A DNA stretch of 64,000 nucleotides, taken from Phenylobacterium sp. GTDB lineage: Bacteria; Pseudomonadota; Alphaproteobacteria; Caulobacterales; Caulobacteraceae. Shown here piece after piece: positions 60,176 through 64,000 of the stretch (positions are counted from its first letter, which is position 1; every line of letters starts with the position of its first letter). Below the pieces are notes generated by a model that had not been told where the DNA came from, made no database searches, and saw nothing but the letters and a program-made list of their open reading frames with translations. The stretch is from assembly GCF_004799515.1 (NCBI RefSeq), contig NZ_SSMX01000041.1:12687-76686 (forward strand). The letters run 5' to 3'. The translations under genes and the position numbers were made by a program.

Positions 60176-61114
60176 ATGTCCGATCCCGTCATCCTGATCT
60201 CGCACCCGGTCCTGGCGGGGCTGGAGCCGGTGTTCGCCGGCGCCGGGCTGAGGATGGCGCGCGAGTGGGACCTGACGGACGCCGATCGCGCCGAAGTCCG
60301 CGCCATCCTGCATGCCGGCGAGTTCGTGCTGACGCCGCAGGCGCTGGCGGCCCTGCCGAAGTTGGGCCTGATCGCCTGCGTCAGCGTCGGCTACGACGGA
60401 GTCGACGTCGCCTGGTGCCGGTCGCGCGGCATCGACGTCAGCCACGCCGACGGATTGAACGCCGAGGATGTGGCCGACCACGCCATCGGCCTGATGATCG
60501 CCGCGTGGCGCAACATCCCGGCCGGCGACCGCACGGTGCGCGAGGGCCGCTGGCGGCACGAGGACCGGCTCGCGCCGCAGCCCAGCCTGGGCGGGCGCCG
60601 GCTGGGGATCGTGGGCCTGGGGGCCATCGGCCAGGCGGTCGCCCGGCGCGCCGAGGCGATGCGCCTGCAGGTCGCCTGGTGGGGTCCGCGTGACAAGCCC
60701 GCGCCCTGGCCGCGCGCCGAGAACCTGCTGGCGCTGGCCCGCGACAGCGACATCCTGGTGGTGGCGAGCCGCGCCGAGGCGTCCAACCGCGGCCTGATCT
60801 CCCGCGAGATCATCGAGGCCGTCGGGCCCAAGGGGCTGATCGTCAACGTCGCGCGCGGCTCGCTCATCGACGAGCCTGAGCTGGTGGCGGCGCTGAAGGA
60901 CGGCCGGCTCTGGCGCGCGGCGCTGGACGTCTTCCAGACCGAGCCGACGCCGCCCGAACGCTGGGCGGAGGCGCCCAACGCCGTGCTCACCCCGCACACC
61001 GCCGGCTCCTCGACCGAGGCCATACCGCTGATGGTGGCCCAGGCGATCGACAATGTGCAAAGGTTCCTGCGCGGCGAGGCGCTGGCGAGTCCGGTGGCGC
61101 CGGTCGCTGATTAG
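60176..61114 (+). CDS. D-isomer-specific 2-hydroxyacid dehydrogenase
   Basis: SVGYDGVD, GIVGLGAIG, NVARGS, LDVFQTEP, TPH. Confidence 0.92.
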   Translation: MSDPVILISHPVLAGLEPVFAGAGLRMAREWDLTDADRAEVRAILHAGEFVLTPQALAALPKLGLIACVSVGYDGVDVAWCRSRGIDVSHADGLNAEDVADHAIGLMIAAWRNIPAGDRTVREGRWRHEDRLAPQPSLGGRRLGIVGLGAIGQAVARRAEAMRLQVAWWGPRDKPAPWPRAENLLALARDSDILVVASRAEASNRGLISREIIEAVGPKGLIVNVARGSLIDEPELVAALKDGRLWRAALDVFQTEPTPPERWAEAPNAVLTPHTAGSSTEAIPLMVAQAIDNVQRFLRGEALASPVAPVAD

Positions 61115-61132
61115 GTTTCTTGGGGGTGATGC

Positions 61133-61495
61133 ATGGCTAAGGTGCTGGGTATCGGCGGAATCTTCTTCAAGGCTGCGGACCCAAAAGCGATCCAGGACTG
61201 GTACGCCCGGGTCCTGGGCTTCGAGGTCACCAAATGGGGCGGGGTCAAGTTCCCGCCGACCGGCGTCGGCTCGCAGGTCTGGAGCGCCTTTTCGGAGGAC
61301 ACCGATCACTTCGCCCCGTCCGGCCAGCCGTTCATGGTCAACCTGATCGTCGACGATCTGGACGGGGTGCTGGCGCGGGCGCGCGAGGCCGGCGCCGAGA
61401 TCCTGAACCGGCAGGACGACGACTATGGGCATTTCGCCTGGCTGATGGACCCGGCGGGGGTCAAGGTCGAGCTCTGGCAACCCGTCGAGACGTAG
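61133..61495 (+). CDS. VOC/glyoxalase family protein
   Basis: GIGGIFFKA.DP...WY..VLG, YGHFAW..DP.G..VELWQ. Confidence 0.9.
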   Translation: MAKVLGIGGIFFKAADPKAIQDWYARVLGFEVTKWGGVKFPPTGVGSQVWSAFSEDTDHFAPSGQPFMVNLIVDDLDGVLARAREAGAEILNRQDDDYGHFAWLMDPAGVKVELWQPVET

Positions 61496-61507
61496 GCGCG
61501 CCTTAAC

Positions 61508-61537
61508 TTGACATAAAGACATAAAGATATCTTTATG
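61508..61537 (+). promoter_or_regulatory. Promoter with SahR-type palindromic operator
   Basis: TTGACA at 61508-61513; perfect 18-bp palindrome CATAAAGATATCTTTATG at 61520-61537; extra half-site repeat GACATAAA. Confidence 0.8.
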
Positions 61538-61542
61538 CGCTC

Positions 61543-62514
61543 ATGGTCCTATCGGCGAGTCAGGCGGTCGAGGTGTTGCGCGCGGCGGGCGAGCCCACGC
61601 GCCTGCGCATCCTGGCGCTCTTGGCGCGCGAGGAGCTGGCGGTGTTGGAGCTCTGCCGGGTGCTGGACCAGAGCCAGCCCAGGGTCTCGCGCCATCTGAA
61701 GCTGCTGGCCGAGGCGGGCCTGGTCGAACGCTTCCCGGACGGCGCCTGGGTCTTCTATCGCCTGGCGGGCGACGGGCCGGCCTATGAACTGGCGGACCAG
61801 GCGCTGTCGCGCATCGATCCCGCCGACGCGGGGCTGCAGCGCGACGCCGAGCGGCTGTCGGCGGTCTGGGCCGAACGCGCCGCCGACGCCGGCGAATACT
61901 TCGCCCGCAACGCCGCGCGTTGGGACGAGATCCGTTCGCTCTACGTCTCCGACACGCAAGTGGAGGCCGCGATCCTGGCGGCCGCCGGGCCTGGGCCGTT
62001 CCGGCGGCTGGTGGACCTGGGCTCCGGCACCGGACGGATGCTGACCCTCCTCGCGCCCCACGCCGAGGCGGCGCTGGGCCTGGACCTGTCGCAGCAGATG
62101 CTGAACCTGGCCCGCAACCGGGTGACCGAGGCCGGGCTCCTGGGCTGCGAGCTGCGCCACGGCGATATCTTCGCCACCCGCCTGCCGGACGAGAGCGCCG
62201 ACCTGGTGGTGGTGCACCAGGTGCTGCACTACCTGGCCGACCCCGCCGCGGCGGTGAAGGAGGCGGCGCGGATCGTCGCCCCGGACGGCAAGCTGGTCAT
62301 CGCCGACTTCGCGCCGCACAAGTTGGAGTTCCTGCGCGAGCAGCACCAGCACCGCCGCCTGGGCTTCGCCGAGCCGGAGATGGCCCGCTGGCTGGGCGGC
62401 GCGGGCCTGGGCAAGATCGGCGTCACCGCCCTGCCGCCGGCGCGCAAGGGTGGCCTCACCGTCAAGATCTGGACCGCCGAGCGCGGCCGCGAAGGCCAGC
62501 GGAGGGCCGCATGA
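61543..62514 (+). CDS. sahR: ArsR-HTH plus SAM-methyltransferase-fold regulator (SahR/SamR type)
   Basis: EPTRLRIL...SQPRVSRHLK HTH; VDLGSGTG SAM-binding motif; precedes metF-metH. Confidence 0.85.
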   Translation: MVLSASQAVEVLRAAGEPTRLRILALLAREELAVLELCRVLDQSQPRVSRHLKLLAEAGLVERFPDGAWVFYRLAGDGPAYELADQALSRIDPADAGLQRDAERLSAVWAERAADAGEYFARNAARWDEIRSLYVSDTQVEAAILAAAGPGPFRRLVDLGSGTGRMLTLLAPHAEAALGLDLSQQMLNLARNRVTEAGLLGCELRHGDIFATRLPDESADLVVVHQVLHYLADPAAAVKEAARIVAPDGKLVIADFAPHKLEFLREQHQHRRLGFAEPEMARWLGGAGLGKIGVTALPPARKGGLTVKIWTAERGREGQRRAA

Positions 62515-63461
62515 GACGCCGCAGCAGTGATGTGGGCGACCAGGTCCTGGGCCCGGTCGCCCGGGCCGGCGGCGGGGCGACGCCGAGGCCCCGCGTGTCC
62601 TTCGAGTTCTCGCCGCCCAAGACCGCGGAGGCCGAGGAGACCCTCTGGGAGGCGATCCGCCGGCTGGAGCCGCTGGATCCCACCTTCGTCTCGGTGACCT
62701 ATGGCGCCGGCGGCTCGACCCGCGACCGCACGCACCGCACGGTGCTGCGGATGCTGGCCGAGACCAAGCTGAAGCCGGCCGCGCACCTGACCTGCGTCGA
62801 GGCCAGCCGCGGCGAGGTCGACGAGGTGATCCGCGACTACTGGGACGCCGGCATCCGCCACATCGTGGCCCTGCGCGGCGATCCGCCCGGCCAGATCGGC
62901 GGGGCCTACAGCCCGCGCGCCGACGGCTACGCCAACGCCACCGAGCTCACCGCCGGCATCCGCGCCATCGGCGACTTCGAGGTCAGCGTCGGCCTCTATC
63001 CGCACGTGCATCCGGAAAGTCCGTCGATCGACCACGATATCGACGTCCTGAAGGCCAAGGTCGACGCCGGTGCGACCCGGGCGATCACGCAATTCTTTTA
63101 TGATATCAATGGGTTTTTGAAATTCATGGACCGCGTGCGCGCGGCCGGGGTCACCATTCCGGTCTCGCTGGGCATCATGCCGGTGACCAGCTTCAAGGGC
63201 CTGAAGAAGATGAGCGGCCCGATGGGCGTCGAGCTGCCGGCCTGGCTGGGAAACCTGTTCGAGGGGCTGGACAAGGACCCGGAGACGCGCCGGCTGATCG
63301 CGGCCTCGGTGGCGACAGAGATGTGCGCACGGCTGGCGGAAGAGGGCTTTTCCGACTTCCACTTCTTCACGCTGAACCGCGCCGACCTTACCTACGCCAT
63401 CTGCCGGGTGCTGGGCGTGCGCGAGCCGGCGGAACCCACGAGCACGGAGGCCGCGGCATGA
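62511..63461 (+). CDS. metF: 5,10-methylenetetrahydrofolate reductase
   Basis: SFEFSPPK, SVTYGAGG, HLTC, ALRGD, AITQFF, HFFTLN. Confidence 0.96.
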   Translation: MRRRSSDVGDQVLGPVARAGGGATPRPRVSFEFSPPKTAEAEETLWEAIRRLEPLDPTFVSVTYGAGGSTRDRTHRTVLRMLAETKLKPAAHLTCVEASRGEVDEVIRDYWDAGIRHIVALRGDPPGQIGGAYSPRADGYANATELTAGIRAIGDFEVSVGLYPHVHPESPSIDHDIDVLKAKVDAGATRAITQFFYDINGFLKFMDRVRAAGVTIPVSLGIMPVTSFKGLKKMSGPMGVELPAWLGNLFEGLDKDPETRRLIAASVATEMCARLAEEGFSDFHFFTLNRADLTYAICRVLGVREPAEPTSTEAAA

Positions 63462-64000
63462 CCGCCCGAAGCGACCGCATCGCCCTCTTGAAGGCCGCCG
63501 CGAAGACGCGGGTGCTGATCCTCGACGGCTCCTGGGGCGTGATGTTCCAGAAGGCGGGCCTCAGCGAGGACGACTACCGCGGCGAGCGGTTCAAGGCCTA
63601 CGAGGGCCAGCTCAAAGGCAACAACGACGTCCTCTGCCTGACCCGGCCGGACCTGGTGGGCGAGCTGCACGAGGCCTACTACGCCGCCGGCGCCGACATC
63701 AGCGAGACCAACACCTTCTCGGCCACCACCATCGCCCAGGCGGAGTATGGGCTGGAGGCGGCGGTGCGCGACATCAACCTGGAGGGCGCCCGCGTCGCCC
63801 GCGAGGCCGCCGACCGCTGGACGGCGAAGGAGCCGCACAAGCCGCGCTTCGTGGCCGGCTCCATCGGGCCGCTGCCGGTGATGCTGTCGATGTCCAGCGA
63901 CGTGAACGACCCGGGCGCGCGCAAGGTCACCTTCGAGCAGGTCTACGCGGCCTATTCCGAACAGGTCCGCGCCCTGCACCTGGGCGGCGTCGACATGTTC
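63458..64000 (+). CDS. metH: Cobalamin-dependent methionine synthase, N-terminal homocysteine-binding part (runs off window end)
   Basis: Manual translation: RVLILDGSWGVMFQ, GNNDVLCLTRPD, AGADISETNTF, PRFVAGSIGP. Confidence 0.92.
   Translation, partial: MTARSDRIALLKAAAKTRVLILDGSWGVMFQKAGLSEDDYRGERFKAYEGQLKGNNDVLCLTRPDLVGELHEAYYAAGADISETNTFSATTIAQAEYGLEAAVRDINLEGARVAREAADRWTAKEPHKPRFVAGSIGPLPVMLSMSSDVNDPGARKVTFEQVYAAYSEQVRALHLGGVDMF

Overview
GC-rich alphaproteobacterial chromosome segment, most consistent with Caulobacteraceae (Phenylobacterium-like). This is inferred from the PleC-like kinase, PEPxxWA-CTERM protein and alpha-type LexA/EcfG/SahR motifs. The backbone is PepSY-feuP/feuQ-like TCS, ccmIEFH, degP, a second TCS, glnE, pleC and pepN. 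It is interrupted by accessory blocks: signalling/oxidoreductase/hydrolase genes at about 18.2-35.2 kb, one secreted hypothetical gene, and a GH89 + HGSNAT-like pair with two small enzymes. The window also carries an NMT1-type ABC transporter, two ABC-F genes (uup, ettA), a heteromeric-type acyl-CoA dehydrogenase pair, general-stress genes, and the start of a sahR-metF-metH operon. I saw no integrase, transposase, tRNA, rRNA or CRISPR array. Best leads: (1) a PEP-CTERM protein carrying all motifs of a Cys-Gln thioester (TED) adhesin domain, a domain characterised in Gram-positive bacteria; (2) a structured intergenic minus-strand RNA candidate at about 1.31-1.57 kb; (3) an unknown gene with a perfect alpha-type SOS box abutting its ATG; (4) a PleC orthologue apparently lacking its periplasmic domain. 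All calls come from reading the sequence and recalling family motifs; no database searches were run.
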